From: an uncultured bacterium
GTDB taxonomy: Bacteria; Patescibacteriota; Minisyncoccia; UBA6257; 2-01-FULL-56-20
DNA length: 64,000 bases
Direction of reading: 5' to 3'
Assembly: GCA_963705915.1 (NCBI GenBank)
Contig: OY970126.1
Location: 102,753 to 166,752, forward strand
The position numbers and the translations under genes were made by a program. Position 1 is the first letter of the stretch, and the number at the start of each line of letters is the position of its first letter. Under the pieces are notes generated by a model that was not told where the DNA came from, made no database searches, and was given only the letters and a program-made list of their open reading frames with translations. Shown here piece after piece: positions 10,053 to 20,253 of this stretch.

Positions 10053-11300
10053 ATGGTAAAAAACGATTACAAAAAATTACCCGACACGCCGGGCGTATAT
10101 ATGATGAAAAACGCCGAGGGCAAGATTTTATATGTTGGCAAGGCAGGTAACTTGCGCCGACGTGTTTCGAGTTATTTTGAACGGCCGCACGACGTGCGCA
10201 TCGAACGGCTCGTTTCAAAAATCCACACGATCGATTTTGAGCAAACCGACAGCGCCCTTGAAGCGCTTATTCTCGAAGCAGAACTCATCAAGAAACTTGA
10301 GCCACCGTTCAACGTGCGGGAGAAAGACGATAAAAGTTTTCTCTATGTCGAAATCGGCAAAGAGCGATTCCCGAGAGTGTTTTTGGTGCGTGGAAAAGAC
10401 GCGGAAACCGGCAGGCGCTACGGCCCTTTTACATCGGCCTCGAGCGCCCGTGAAGCGCTTCGTATTCTCCGGCGAATTTTTCCATGGAGCACCCATGATC
10501 CCGATACGATTGGAAAGTTCAAACGGCCCTGCTTTGATTACGAAGTCGGATTATGTCCCGGCACGTGCATCGGCGCCGTAACGCGCGAGGAATATATAAA
10601 AAATATCGACCGACTCAAATTATTCCTCGAGGGCAAAAAGAAAAGCGTTATCCGTTCATTCGAAGCCGATATGAAGGCGGCGAGCAAAGCGCTCGCGTTC
10701 GAGAAGGCGGAAAAACTGCGGCGGCAATTGTTTGCCCTCAGGCACATCCGCGACACGGCATTCATTTCCGATTCCGAAATCGTCGCCGGCTCCCATGGCG
10801 ATGGCCGCAGCGAAAAAGTGAATGGCGAGCCCTATCGCATCGAAGGCTATGACATATCGAATATTTCAGGCACCGACGCCGTCGGATCGATGGTGGTATT
10901 TGAGGACGGCAAGCCGAATAAAGATGAATATCGAAAATTTAAGATAAAAAGCATTTTCCAACCGAACGACGTCGGTATGCTCACCGAGGTTCTCACGCGA
11001 AGATTCTATCGACATGCGATCGGCGGCCGAGTAACTGCGGAAGCGTGGCGTCTGCCGGACCTTGTCTTAATTGACGGCGGCATCGCGCAGGCAAATGCCG
11101 CAAAAAAAGTTCTACTGCGCGCCGGCCTCAACGTTCCCATCCTCGGCATTGCGAAGGGCGCGGAACGCAAACGGAACGATATCATCGGCGCAATCCCCAA
11201 GGGTGTCACAAAAGAAACGCTCATCCACGTGCGGAACGAAGCGCACCGTTTTGCCATTGGATACCATAAAGCCCTCCGTAGCAGGAGAGCTTTGCGCTAG
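10053..11300 (+). CDS. uvrC: excinuclease ABC subunit C (UvrC), short form lacking C-terminal (HhH)2 domain
   Basis: GIY-YIG (GVYMMKNAEGKILYVGKAGNLRRRVSSYF), UvrB-interacting region (ALEALILEAELIKKLEPPFN), RNaseH-like endonuclease domain (GYDISNISGTDAVGSMVVFEDGKPNKDEYRKFKIK); ends ~415 aa with no HhH motifs. Confidence 0.8.
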   Translation: MVKNDYKKLPDTPGVYMMKNAEGKILYVGKAGNLRRRVSSYFERPHDVRIERLVSKIHTIDFEQTDSALEALILEAELIKKLEPPFNVREKDDKSFLYVEIGKERFPRVFLVRGKDAETGRRYGPFTSASSAREALRILRRIFPWSTHDPDTIGKFKRPCFDYEVGLCPGTCIGAVTREEYIKNIDRLKLFLEGKKKSVIRSFEADMKAASKALAFEKAEKLRRQLFALRHIRDTAFISDSEIVAGSHGDGRSEKVNGEPYRIEGYDISNISGTDAVGSMVVFEDGKPNKDEYRKFKIKSIFQPNDVGMLTEVLTRRFYRHAIGGRVTAEAWRLPDLVLIDGGIAQANAAKKVLLRAGLNVPILGIAKGAERKRNDIIGAIPKGVTKETLIHVRNEAHRFAIGYHKALRSRRALR

Positions 11301-11316
11301 CTGGTCCAGAATATAT

Positions 11317-11940
11317 TTAGTTCGAGATCGTGAAGGCCGGGCTTATGATTGACGGAAGATTATTGCCGTCAAATGACAGCCGGATTTTATAGGTTCCCGG
11401 CACAACTTCTTTTTTGAGCGGACTATAGCGAGAAAGGGAATATTCACGGGTATCCCAGGCATACGAAGTTTGGTCGGGTCCGGTTTGCGAAAGGATAACA
11501 CCGATGAACGCTCCCGTCTGCCCGTTGAGTAAATCAATCTCGCCGGTAATGTTTCCTGCATTGTCCCACGAAATGGGATTGGTGACTCCGATGACCCACT
11601 GGTCGTTTGTGACCGGTGTTATCAAATGAATGACGACTGGCGGTGCCGGGCGATTTGATCCGGCACCGTTGGGGGCTGTGCCCGGCGGGAGCGTGTTGCC
11701 GTTTGCACCGCCCGCGCTCGTAGTGTTTGCCGCAGTCGTTGTCACGGCCGAATTTTCTGCGGTTGCGGTTGAAGATGTGTTTGTCGTCCCGCCCGGAGTT
11801 TGTGATTGATTGGTAAGACTCCCGTGAACTAGAACAAGCACGATGATGACCGCGATGACCACGGCTGCGGCCACGACTTTGCTCGTATTGCTCATTTTGT
11901 CCATAATGAATCTTATACCATGAATGTCCGCGTTCGACAA
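11317..11940 (-). CDS. hypothetical secreted/membrane-anchored protein, Ser/Thr-rich
   Basis: N-terminal TM (VVAAAVVIAVIIVLVLV) then low-complexity T/S/A/N/G region; likely start at internal Met (MDKM/MSNTSK). Confidence 0.45.
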   Translation of the reverse strand: MSNADIHGIRFIMDKMSNTSKVVAAAVVIAVIIVLVLVHGSLTNQSQTPGGTTNTSSTATAENSAVTTTAANTTSAGGANGNTLPPGTAPNGAGSNRPAPPVVIHLITPVTNDQWVIGVTNPISWDNAGNITGEIDLLNGQTGAFIGVILSQTGPDQTSYAWDTREYSLSRYSPLKKEVVPGTYKIRLSFDGNNLPSIISPAFTISN

Positions 11941-12501
11941 TCAGTTTCGCCTACGTTGCGCCACGGTGGTATCGGCGTTTTGCCGACCGATACCATTTAC
12001 GGCATTGTAGGCTCCGTACTCAATAAAGAAAGCGTCCTGCGCATCTACAAGGTGCGGCGGAGGAATCCAAAAAAACCGATGATTGTTTTGGTCGGCTCAA
12101 TGAGTGACCTTGCGCGTTTCGGCATTGTCCTTTCACCAAAGATTAAAAAGGTATTAAAGAAAATTTGGCCCGGGGCGGTTAGCGTTGTGCTCGATATCGC
12201 TGCGCCATCCGCAAAAAAGAAGTTTTCATATCTCCATCGCGGCACCGGAACGCTCGCATTTCGCATGCCGAAACTAGCCTCGCTCCGCGCCCTCCTGCAA
12301 GAAACCGGTCCGCTCGTCGCGCCGAGCGCCAATTTCGAAGGGAGGCCATCAGCGAAGACCGTTCAAGAAGCAAAAAAATATTTCGGCGATACAGTCGATT
12401 TCTATGTAGATACCGGCCGTCGTAGTGCAAAGCCTTCAACGCTTATCAAAATTGAAAGGGACGGCATCGTGGTTCTCCGGCAGGGATCGGCAAAAGTATA
12501 A
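11920..12501 (+). CDS. tsaC: L-threonylcarbamoyladenylate synthase (TsaC/YrdC family)
   Basis: GVLPTDTIYGIVGS motif and overall YrdC-like length (193 aa). Confidence 0.75.
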   Translation: MNVRVRQSVSPTLRHGGIGVLPTDTIYGIVGSVLNKESVLRIYKVRRRNPKKPMIVLVGSMSDLARFGIVLSPKIKKVLKKIWPGAVSVVLDIAAPSAKKKFSYLHRGTGTLAFRMPKLASLRALLQETGPLVAPSANFEGRPSAKTVQEAKKYFGDTVDFYVDTGRRSAKPSTLIKIERDGIVVLRQGSAKV

Positions 12502-12527
12502 GCCAGAGGCCGTGATACAATAACAAT

Positions 12528-14204
12528 ATGCTTTCCGACGAGATCAAGCAATTTTTTCATGGCGACGTTGCAACCGACGGCGCGACGATCGAAAAATATA
12601 GCCGCGACTATTCGGTATTCAAAGTTCGCCCGCAAGTCATCGTTTTTCCCAAAGATATCGATGACATCAAGAATCTCGTCAAATTCGTCAACAAAAAAAA
12701 AGCTGCGGGCGAGAATATTTCGCTCACCGGGCGTTCGGCCGGCACCGACATGACCGGTGGGCCACTCAATCAGGGGATTATCGTTTCGTTCACCAAATAT
12801 TTTAACCACGTTCAAGAGATCCATGAGTCGACGAACAGCTCTGACGAGGCGTATGCCGTCGTCGAGCCCGGTGTCTATTTCCGTGATTTTGAAAAGCAAC
12901 TCATACCAAAAGGACTTTTGTATCCGGCCTACCCAGCTTCAAAGGATTTGTGCGCCCTCGGGGGGATGGTGAATAACAATTCCGGCGGCGAAAAGACGCT
13001 CGCTTATGGCAAGACGGAAAACTACGTCCGGGAGCTCGACGTTGTTTTGAGCGATGGCAATGAATGTACGGTGAAACCGCTTGAGGGTACGGCATTACGA
13101 GCAAAGCTCAACGAGCCAGGATTTGAAGGCGATATATACCGCAAATTATATGAGCTTATAGAGAATAATTACGAAATCATTAAAAAAGCCAAGCCGGATG
13201 TTTCAAAAAATTCCGCCGGATATTATCTTTGGAACGTGTGGGATAAGAAAACGTTTGACCTCACGCGCTTGCTCGTCGGTTCGCAGGGGACGCTTGCGCT
13301 CCTTGCAAAGGCAAAGCTCGGCCTCGTCCGCGCGAAAAACCATTCGCGCCTGTGCGTGATCTTCCTAAAAACGCTCGATCCCGTCGCCGATCTTGTCGTT
13401 GACGTTCTCAAGTTCCATCCCGAGAGTATCGAATCATACGACGACAAAACGATGGAGGTCGCAGTGAAGCTCTGGCGCCAAGTGCTCGGCTCGATGAAGG
13501 GAAATGTGTTCAAACTTGGATGGCAGTTTCTTCCGGAAATGTGGATGGTGCTTCGCGGTGGTATGCCGAAGATGATTATGCTTGTCGAACTCACTGGAGA
13601 CGACGAGAAAGCCTTGGTTGAAAAATTGAATCAACTTGCCGATGACGTGCGAGCATTTGCCAAAACTCATCCCGGCATTCAGGTGAATCCGCTTCGCAAC
13701 GAAAGCGACGAAGAAAAGTATTGGACGATTCGGCGCGAAAGTTTTGCGTTGCTCCACAATAATACGACCGGCAAAGATACGGCGCCCTTTATCGATGATT
13801 TCATCGTAAAGCCGGAATATCTCCCGGAATTTATGCCGAAATTGAATGCCATCCTCGATGCCTATAAAAAAGATCTCATCTATACCATCGCTGGTCATCC
13901 GGGCAACGGTAACTTCCATATTATTCCGCTCATGAATCTCAAAGATCCCCGCGTCCGCGCGCTCATTCCGGAAATCTCGGAAAAAGTGTATAAGCTTGTT
14001 TTCGAGTATCACGGCTCCATCACCGCCGAGCATAATGACGGCCTCATCCGCACGCCATACCTCGAAGAAATGTACGGCGAGAAAATCATCGAATTATTCC
14101 AGGAAGCGAAAAACATTTTCGACCCGCAGAACATCTTCAATCCTGGCAAAAAAGTTGGCGGCAGCCTGCAGTACAGCGTGGACCATATAACCGCGACGCA
14201 ATAA
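12528..14204 (+). CDS. FAD-binding oxidoreductase (FAD-linked oxidase, GlcD/D-lactate dehydrogenase-like)
   Basis: FAD_binding_4-like RSAGTDMTGGPLNQGIIVSF; C-terminal GSITAEHNDGLIRTPYLEEMYG. Confidence 0.75.
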   Translation: MLSDEIKQFFHGDVATDGATIEKYSRDYSVFKVRPQVIVFPKDIDDIKNLVKFVNKKKAAGENISLTGRSAGTDMTGGPLNQGIIVSFTKYFNHVQEIHESTNSSDEAYAVVEPGVYFRDFEKQLIPKGLLYPAYPASKDLCALGGMVNNNSGGEKTLAYGKTENYVRELDVVLSDGNECTVKPLEGTALRAKLNEPGFEGDIYRKLYELIENNYEIIKKAKPDVSKNSAGYYLWNVWDKKTFDLTRLLVGSQGTLALLAKAKLGLVRAKNHSRLCVIFLKTLDPVADLVVDVLKFHPESIESYDDKTMEVAVKLWRQVLGSMKGNVFKLGWQFLPEMWMVLRGGMPKMIMLVELTGDDEKALVEKLNQLADDVRAFAKTHPGIQVNPLRNESDEEKYWTIRRESFALLHNNTTGKDTAPFIDDFIVKPEYLPEFMPKLNAILDAYKKDLIYTIAGHPGNGNFHIIPLMNLKDPRVRALIPEISEKVYKLVFEYHGSITAEHNDGLIRTPYLEEMYGEKIIELFQEAKNIFDPQNIFNPGKKVGGSLQYSVDHITATQ

Positions 14205-14252
14205 ATGCGAATAATAAAAAAACACCCCCGACGCATTGTCGGGGGGTGGTGG

Positions 14253-14789
14253 TTATGCAACCTCGAGGATAGCTCTTGTTGAAGTCCTCGCTATCGTCGG
14301 GTTGGGGTTCCTCCAAACGATCTTTAGCGGATCGGCTCTCAAGATCCTCTTGATCTTTTCGCGCGCTGAACGGTGCCACGAGCTGGCGAGATCAAGCTTG
14401 AGGTATCGCTGCCAATGTATCAAGGCTTTCCGCGGCGCCCCGCTCATTTCATATGCCAACGCCAGGTTGTAGTGCGGGTCGGGGTAGTTTGGAGCGATGC
14501 GGATGGCTGCCTGGTATTCGGCGATTGCCGATGGCAGGTCGCCAAGGTCGTCGTAGGCATTCGCAAGGTTAAAGTGGGCCACGACGTGATTTGGATCAAT
14601 GGCAAGTGCTTTTTGATACTGATCACGCGCGGATTGAAAGTCCGAACGATCGTGGTATATCCTCCCAAGGTTGATGTTCGCACAAACGTGATTCGGATTG
14701 ATGGCAAGGATCTCTTTGTAGAGCTTGGCCGCCCCCAGGGGGTTCGACTCTTCAAGCGTAAGGGCCCGTTTCAAAAGTTCCGTGCTCAT
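14253..14789 (-). CDS. TPR repeat protein
   Basis: Repeated A..Y.KAL.I.PN....H.NLG motifs; ORF extends to 14900 but probable start is MSTELLKRAL (~14789). Confidence 0.7.
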   Translation of the reverse strand: MSTELLKRALTLEESNPLGAAKLYKEILAINPNHVCANINLGRIYHDRSDFQSARDQYQKALAIDPNHVVAHFNLANAYDDLGDLPSAIAEYQAAIRIAPNYPDPHYNLALAYEMSGAPRKALIHWQRYLKLDLASSWHRSAREKIKRILRADPLKIVWRNPNPTIARTSTRAILEVA

Positions 14790-14885
14790 TTCATGCTCCT
14801 GTGGTACGTTTTTGAAATTCCTGCCTGAACCATAGCACGAAATGTTTTTTAATGGTATCCTAATGAAAATTCTCGGATTTTTCCC

Positions 14886-16103
14886 ATGCGCCAGTCGCAA
14901 TTATTCACGAAAATCGAGCGGAACGCACCCAAGGACGAAACCACCAAAAACGCCCAGCTTCTCGTGCGCGCCGGGTTTGTGTCAAAGCTTATGGCTGGCG
15001 TTTATAGCTATCTGCCGCTCGGCTTGCGGGTGCTGAACAATATAGAGAACATCGTCCGAGAAGAAATGGACGCCGTCGGCGGGCAGGAGATTTCCATGGC
15101 GATCCTTCATCCAAAGAATATTTGGCAAACCACCGGCGGCTGGGACAAAATCGACGTCCTCTTTAAATTAAAGAGCCGGACCGACAAAGAATATGCCCTT
15201 GGTCAGAGCGAAGAAGAGGTGGTGACGCCGCTCGTCATGAAATATGTGAATACCTATAAGGATCTTCCGAAGGCGGTATATCAGATCAACTGGAAGTTCC
15301 GCGATGAGCTTCGTTCGAAATCCGGACTGCTTCGCGGGGTGGAATTTCTCATGAAAGACATGTACAGCTTCCATGCCGACCAGAGAGACTTCGAACGTTT
15401 TTATGCCGAAGTCAAAAAGGCGTACTTCAAGATCTATAAGAGACTTGGCCTCGTTGCAAAAGCCACGGAAGCGTCTGGCGGCGCGTTCACGGAAAAAATC
15501 TCCTATGAATTTATGGTACTCACCGATGCCGGCGAGGATGAAATACTCTATTGCGACGCGTGCGAATTTTGCGTAAACGTGGAAATCGCCAAAGAAAAGG
15601 AAGGGGACCAGTGTGACCGGTGCAGCAAAGGCAAGCTCGCAAAAGCAAAAGCCTCGGAGGTCGGTAACGTTTTTGATCTTGGCCAAAAGTTCACGAAGGA
15701 TTTCGACGTGACATTCACAGACGAGAACGGTGAAAAACAGTATCCGATTATGGGTTGCTACGGCATCGGCATTTCGCGTCTGATGGGCGTTATCGCGGAG
15801 AAATATAACGATGACAATGGACTGTTGTGGCCGGATGCCGTTGCGCCATTCAAAGTCCATCTCCTTGCCCTGAACGACGCCGACGGTACGCATATCTACA
15901 ACGCTTTACGCGAGAAAAATATTGATGTACTCTATGACGATAGACCGATCTCCGCAGGCGAAAAGTTCGCAGAAGCTGACCTCATCGGCATTCCGTGGCG
16001 CTTCGTCATAAGCCCGAAGACTGGCGAAGGCATGGTGGAGGTAAAAAAACGCGGCGAACAATCAACCAAAACGGTGAACCTTGCAGAAGCCCTCACATTC
16101 TAA
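14886..16103 (+). CDS. proS: proline--tRNA ligase, minimal bacterial type without editing (INS) domain
   Basis: N-terminus MRQSQLFTKIERNAPKDETTKNAQLLVRAGF is typical bacterial ProRS; class II motifs; anticodon-binding C-term; 405 aa so no INS domain. Confidence 0.8.
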   Translation: MRQSQLFTKIERNAPKDETTKNAQLLVRAGFVSKLMAGVYSYLPLGLRVLNNIENIVREEMDAVGGQEISMAILHPKNIWQTTGGWDKIDVLFKLKSRTDKEYALGQSEEEVVTPLVMKYVNTYKDLPKAVYQINWKFRDELRSKSGLLRGVEFLMKDMYSFHADQRDFERFYAEVKKAYFKIYKRLGLVAKATEASGGAFTEKISYEFMVLTDAGEDEILYCDACEFCVNVEIAKEKEGDQCDRCSKGKLAKAKASEVGNVFDLGQKFTKDFDVTFTDENGEKQYPIMGCYGIGISRLMGVIAEKYNDDNGLLWPDAVAPFKVHLLALNDADGTHIYNALREKNIDVLYDDRPISAGEKFAEADLIGIPWRFVISPKTGEGMVEVKKRGEQSTKTVNLAEALTF

Positions 16104-16105
16104 TG

Positions 16106-17146
16106 GCACTCTTCGATTCAATATTTAAAGATATCGGCATCGATCTTGGAACGGCTAATTCTCTCATCTACGTAAAAGGAAAAGGTATTTTAGTGAACGA
16201 GCCTTCGGTTGCCGCCATTAACACCAAGACAAATCATGTGCTCGCCGTTGGCGAGGATGCAAAAAAGATGCTTGGCCGAGTGCCGACGCATATCAATGTT
16301 GTTCGTCCGCTCGTGAACGGCGTGATCTCGGATTTTGAGATGACGGAAGAAATGCTTCGCCATTTACTCACGCGTCCAAAGACGAGCTCTATGGTTTCCT
16401 ATCGCCGCGCCATCCTCGCGATTCCTAATAACCTCACGGAAGTTGAACGAAAATCAGTGGAAGACGCGGCTTTAAATGCCGGTGTTTCCAAGGTTTATCT
16501 CGTGGAATCACCCACGGCTGCAGCGCTCGGAGCTGGTCTTCCGATCGAGCTTCCATCGGCCAGCCTTATTATCGATATCGGTGGCGGAACAACGGATATC
16601 GCCGTGATTTCAATGGGCGGTACCGTTGTCTCGCGAACGCTTAAAGTTGCCGGCGACCGATTCAACGAAGATATCATGCGCTTCGTCCGCGACGAATTCC
16701 ATCTCGCGATCGGTGAACCGACCGCTGAATTTGCAAAGATCGCCGTCGGTTCTGCTATGCCGCTTGATGAACGCATGGAAGTGCCGATCCGCGGCCGCGA
16801 CTTGAGCACGGGATTGCCGCTCGAGATCATTCTCAAAAATAATCACGTTCGTATGGCAATTTCAAAATCGCTTCGCCAGATTGTGGACAGCGTCCACGAA
16901 GTGATCGAAGAAACGCCGCCGGAACTTGCAGGCGATGTTCTGCGGCAGGGTATCATGCTTTGCGGCGGAGGGGCGCTCCTGCGCGGCCTTGATGAGCTTC
17001 TCGAAAAGGAGACGAACGTTGCGGTGCACGTGGCCGACGATCCGCTCACCTGCGTGGCGCGCGGTTTGGGCCAGATGGTGGACAATTTTGATGCGCATCG
17101 GGAGCTGCTTGATAACCCCCTGAAGCCGCTTTCGATCAACTTATAA
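16106..17146 (+). CDS. mreB: rod shape-determining protein MreB
   Basis: IGIDLGTANSLIYV...; actin-like ATPase motifs (DIGGGTTDIAVIS, LCGGGALLRGLD). ORF track start 15995 is read-through from proS; real start MALFDS. Confidence 0.9.
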   Translation, partial: ALFDSIFKDIGIDLGTANSLIYVKGKGILVNEPSVAAINTKTNHVLAVGEDAKKMLGRVPTHINVVRPLVNGVISDFEMTEEMLRHLLTRPKTSSMVSYRRAILAIPNNLTEVERKSVEDAALNAGVSKVYLVESPTAAALGAGLPIELPSASLIIDIGGGTTDIAVISMGGTVVSRTLKVAGDRFNEDIMRFVRDEFHLAIGEPTAEFAKIAVGSAMPLDERMEVPIRGRDLSTGLPLEIILKNNHVRMAISKSLRQIVDSVHEVIEETPPELAGDVLRQGIMLCGGGALLRGLDELLEKETNVAVHVADDPLTCVARGLGQMVDNFDAHRELLDNPLKPLSINL

Positions 17147-17162
17147 ATTTTTAAACTTTTCC

Positions 17163-17873
17163 GTGACCTACCGCCGGTCCCATCGATGGATTCTCGGAAT
17201 CCTCATTCTTGTGCTTGTTGGAGCGATTTTTTTTGCGCCGTCGTATGGATGGGAATTGCGCAGTTGGCTCGGTGAAAATCTTGGGTCGGGGAATGGCGCC
17301 GGCCAAGGTACATCCCTTGATGCGAGCACGTCTGCGCTCGCTGCACAGAACGCCGAGCTTGAAGCAGAGCTCGCGATGTATCAGACCGTCGCATCGCAAT
17401 TGCCCGTTGATTCGAGCAATGATATCCGCGCGATGGTCTATTCCCGATATCCGCTTAATTTTAAAAATGAGATTTTGGTAAACGCCGGTTCTGCGGACGG
17501 CGTGACGAGCGGCACGGCGGCGCTTTTTGAGGGCTTGCTCATCGGCCGCGTGATCCAGGTTTTTCCGCACGAATCGCTCATCCAAACTGTTTTTGATAGC
17601 GGTTTTGAGATGGCCGTACGGGTGAGCACGTCGAGTTATGACGGCCTTTTCGAGGGCGGCGCATATCCAAGCGTCGGATCGATAACAAAATCGGCGAACC
17701 TGTCGGTGGGTGATGTTGTTTATTCAGCTACTCCTGGCTTGCCCTACGGGATCCCGATCGGCACCGTGGCCGCCACGAGCACGTCGGCTGATAGTTTGTT
17801 CACGCAGGCTGCCGTCACATTTCCGTACGACATTGATCAAATTAAGACGGTATTCATCGCGCAAGGATCATGA
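17163..17873 (+). CDS. mreC: rod shape-determining protein MreC (putative)
   Basis: Position after mreB; N-terminal TM, coiled-coil (AELEAELAMYQ), beta-rich C-terminal region. Confidence 0.55.
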   Translation: MTYRRSHRWILGILILVLVGAIFFAPSYGWELRSWLGENLGSGNGAGQGTSLDASTSALAAQNAELEAELAMYQTVASQLPVDSSNDIRAMVYSRYPLNFKNEILVNAGSADGVTSGTAALFEGLLIGRVIQVFPHESLIQTVFDSGFEMAVRVSTSSYDGLFEGGAYPSVGSITKSANLSVGDVVYSATPGLPYGIPIGTVAATSTSADSLFTQAAVTFPYDIDQIKTVFIAQGS

Positions 17874-18304
17874 TGAGATTTATTTTGGCATGTCTGTTTC
17901 TCGCCCTCGCATTTGTGATGCAGTTTTGGTTCGCTTCGTTCGGCGTTTTTATCAATTTCATTTTCGCTGCGCTCATCGCCTTCGCATTCCTTTTTGATTT
18001 TTGGGATTTGCTTTTCTTCGTGCTCGCTGCGATTTTTGTGATTAACTGGCAGCCAGCATTCAGTTGGGAACTTTTCATCTTTGCCGCTGTGCCATTCGCG
18101 GCTTACATACTCCACAATTACACCACATGGGAAGCGTGGGTTGCGAACCTTGCAAGCATCGTACTTGGCTTGCTCATCCTTTATATTTCCATTGCACCGC
18201 GGCTATTCCTTGCGAACCTCAGCACGTTTTTTGTCGATCTCTTCGCATGTCTCATTTTCGGGAGCATTATATTTGGAGCGCTGAATAGGAGGGAAAATCG
18301 ATAA
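17870..18304 (+). CDS. mreD: MreD-like membrane protein
   Basis: Polytopic 144 aa hydrophobic protein overlapping mreC stop (ATGA), standard mreBCD order. Confidence 0.5.
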   Translation: MMRFILACLFLALAFVMQFWFASFGVFINFIFAALIAFAFLFDFWDLLFFVLAAIFVINWQPAFSWELFIFAAVPFAAYILHNYTTWEAWVANLASIVLGLLILYISIAPRLFLANLSTFFVDLFACLIFGSIIFGALNRRENR

Positions 18305-18333
18305 TGTGATAAAATGTCGGTACCAAAGATTTT

Positions 18334-20253
18334 ATGCCTCGCCGTAAAACAAAATATAACGAAATCGCTTTCGAGGATTCCTTGAGCGACGACTGGGGTC
18401 GCGACCTCACGATGGTCGAGGTGCCCCTCGGTAACCGGCCGCTCTGGGTTCTGGGGATTGTCCTCGGAGGCATCGCGCTTGTCATCCTCGGCCGCGTCGC
18501 GCTTTTGAATATCACGGGCAACGCCTACTTCACGGCGCGTGCCGCTTCGAACGTTGCACAGGAAAATGAAACGCCTGCGCCCCGCGGCATTATCTACGAT
18601 CGCGAAGGCGACGCGCTTGTTGAAAATAAAGCCGTCTTCGCGGCCTACCTTGATCCGCATCAATTCTTATCGGAAGATCCTGGACAGCAGGCGAGTACGA
18701 TGCAGGCGATCCAAACTATTTTCGGACTTTCATCAGACACCATATCTTCAATGCTCGACAACAGCGAAGCGCAGGACTTCGCTTCGCCGGTTGTTTTGAG
18801 TGACAGCCTTACCCAAACCGAACTCGTGAACCTTCAAGCGATAAATGCCAGTCAGCCGGCGATCGATTTAAAGAGCAGTTTTGAACGGATATATCCGAAC
18901 GGCCCCATCTTTTCATCGGTTGTGGGCTACATCGGCCATGTGACGCAAAGCGACCTGGAAAACGATCCAAATCTCACCGTGCAGGATCTTGTCGGCAAAG
19001 CAGGCATCGAAAAACAATACGATAGCACGCTCGAGGGCATTCCCGGCGTGAGCGTGCAGTTCACCAATGCGCAGGGGCAGGTTTTAAAAACCGAACAGCA
19101 ATCGAATGCTTCCATTGGCCAGTCCGTGACGCTCACCATTGACGGAGGTTTGCAGACGGCCCTTTATAACGATCTCGTGAGCGGACTTGCCTCGCTCGAC
19201 CGCACCGTCGGCCTTGGCCTCGCCATCAACCCGCAGAATGGACAAGTGCTTGCGATGGTGAACCTGCCCGGCTATGACAACAATGTTTTTTCAAATCCCG
19301 CGTCGAACACTGCGGAGATTGAGAATTTACTCACGTCTCCCGACGAACCGCTATTTGATCGCGTGGTCTCCGGCAATTACAATCCGGGGTCAACCATTAA
19401 GCCGCTCGACGCGGTTGCAGGACTCAAAGAAGGCGTGATCGATCCCAGTCGGGAAGTTTTTTCACCGGGATATTTGCTTGTGCCGGATCCGTATAACTCC
19501 TCAACGCCAACCCGCTATGCTGACTGGCGTTATCAAGGCTATGTGAATCTCGCCGCTGCACTTGCACAATCATCCGACGTCTACTTCTACCTCGTCGGCG
19601 GCGGGTCGCCGGTATCGACCCCAATGTTAAACGATCCGAGCGATTACGGCATCACGGGACTGGGCATCACCCAGCTCCATGATTGGTGGCAGACGTTTGG
19701 CCTCGGTAAGCCGACCGGCATCGATATGCCAGCGGAGGCGAGCGGATTTTTACCAACGCCGCAGTGGAAGCAGCAGAAGATGGGAACGCCGTGGCTCCTC
19801 GGTGATACGTATAACGTCTCAATTGGGCAGGGCGACTTGCTCCTCACGCCACTCCAACTCATGAGCTACATCGACGCGATCGCGAATGGCGGCACAATTT
19901 ATCGGCCATATTTGAATGCCAGCTCGACGCCGGTTGTTAATGAAGATTTAACATCTTTGCTGCCAGAAATTCAGGACGTCCAACAGGGAATGGTCGAAGG
20001 GGTAACTTCGCCGCTCGGCACGTCGTATACTTTGCATGACCTGCCGTTTCCGGTGTGCGCAAAAACTGGCAGTGCACAAGTGCACGACAATTCTCAGGAG
20101 AACGCGCTCTTCGTTGGCTACGCACCGTGCAACAATCCACAAATCGCATTGCTCATCCTTATCGAAAATTCAAAACAAGGCAGCTTGAATGCTGTGCCAA
20201 TCGCAAAACAAGTGCTTAATTGGTATTATGAAAATAGGATGACGCAACCATGA
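18334..20253 (+). CDS. mrdA: penicillin-binding protein 2 (peptidoglycan D,D-transpeptidase MrdA)
   Basis: N-terminal TM; SxxK (GSTIKP), SxN-like, KTGS(A) motif (CAKTGSAQ); downstream of mreBCD. Confidence 0.85.
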   Translation: MPRRKTKYNEIAFEDSLSDDWGRDLTMVEVPLGNRPLWVLGIVLGGIALVILGRVALLNITGNAYFTARAASNVAQENETPAPRGIIYDREGDALVENKAVFAAYLDPHQFLSEDPGQQASTMQAIQTIFGLSSDTISSMLDNSEAQDFASPVVLSDSLTQTELVNLQAINASQPAIDLKSSFERIYPNGPIFSSVVGYIGHVTQSDLENDPNLTVQDLVGKAGIEKQYDSTLEGIPGVSVQFTNAQGQVLKTEQQSNASIGQSVTLTIDGGLQTALYNDLVSGLASLDRTVGLGLAINPQNGQVLAMVNLPGYDNNVFSNPASNTAEIENLLTSPDEPLFDRVVSGNYNPGSTIKPLDAVAGLKEGVIDPSREVFSPGYLLVPDPYNSSTPTRYADWRYQGYVNLAAALAQSSDVYFYLVGGGSPVSTPMLNDPSDYGITGLGITQLHDWWQTFGLGKPTGIDMPAEASGFLPTPQWKQQKMGTPWLLGDTYNVSIGQGDLLLTPLQLMSYIDAIANGGTIYRPYLNASSTPVVNEDLTSLLPEIQDVQQGMVEGVTSPLGTSYTLHDLPFPVCAKTGSAQVHDNSQENALFVGYAPCNNPQIALLILIENSKQGSLNAVPIAKQVLNWYYENRMTQP

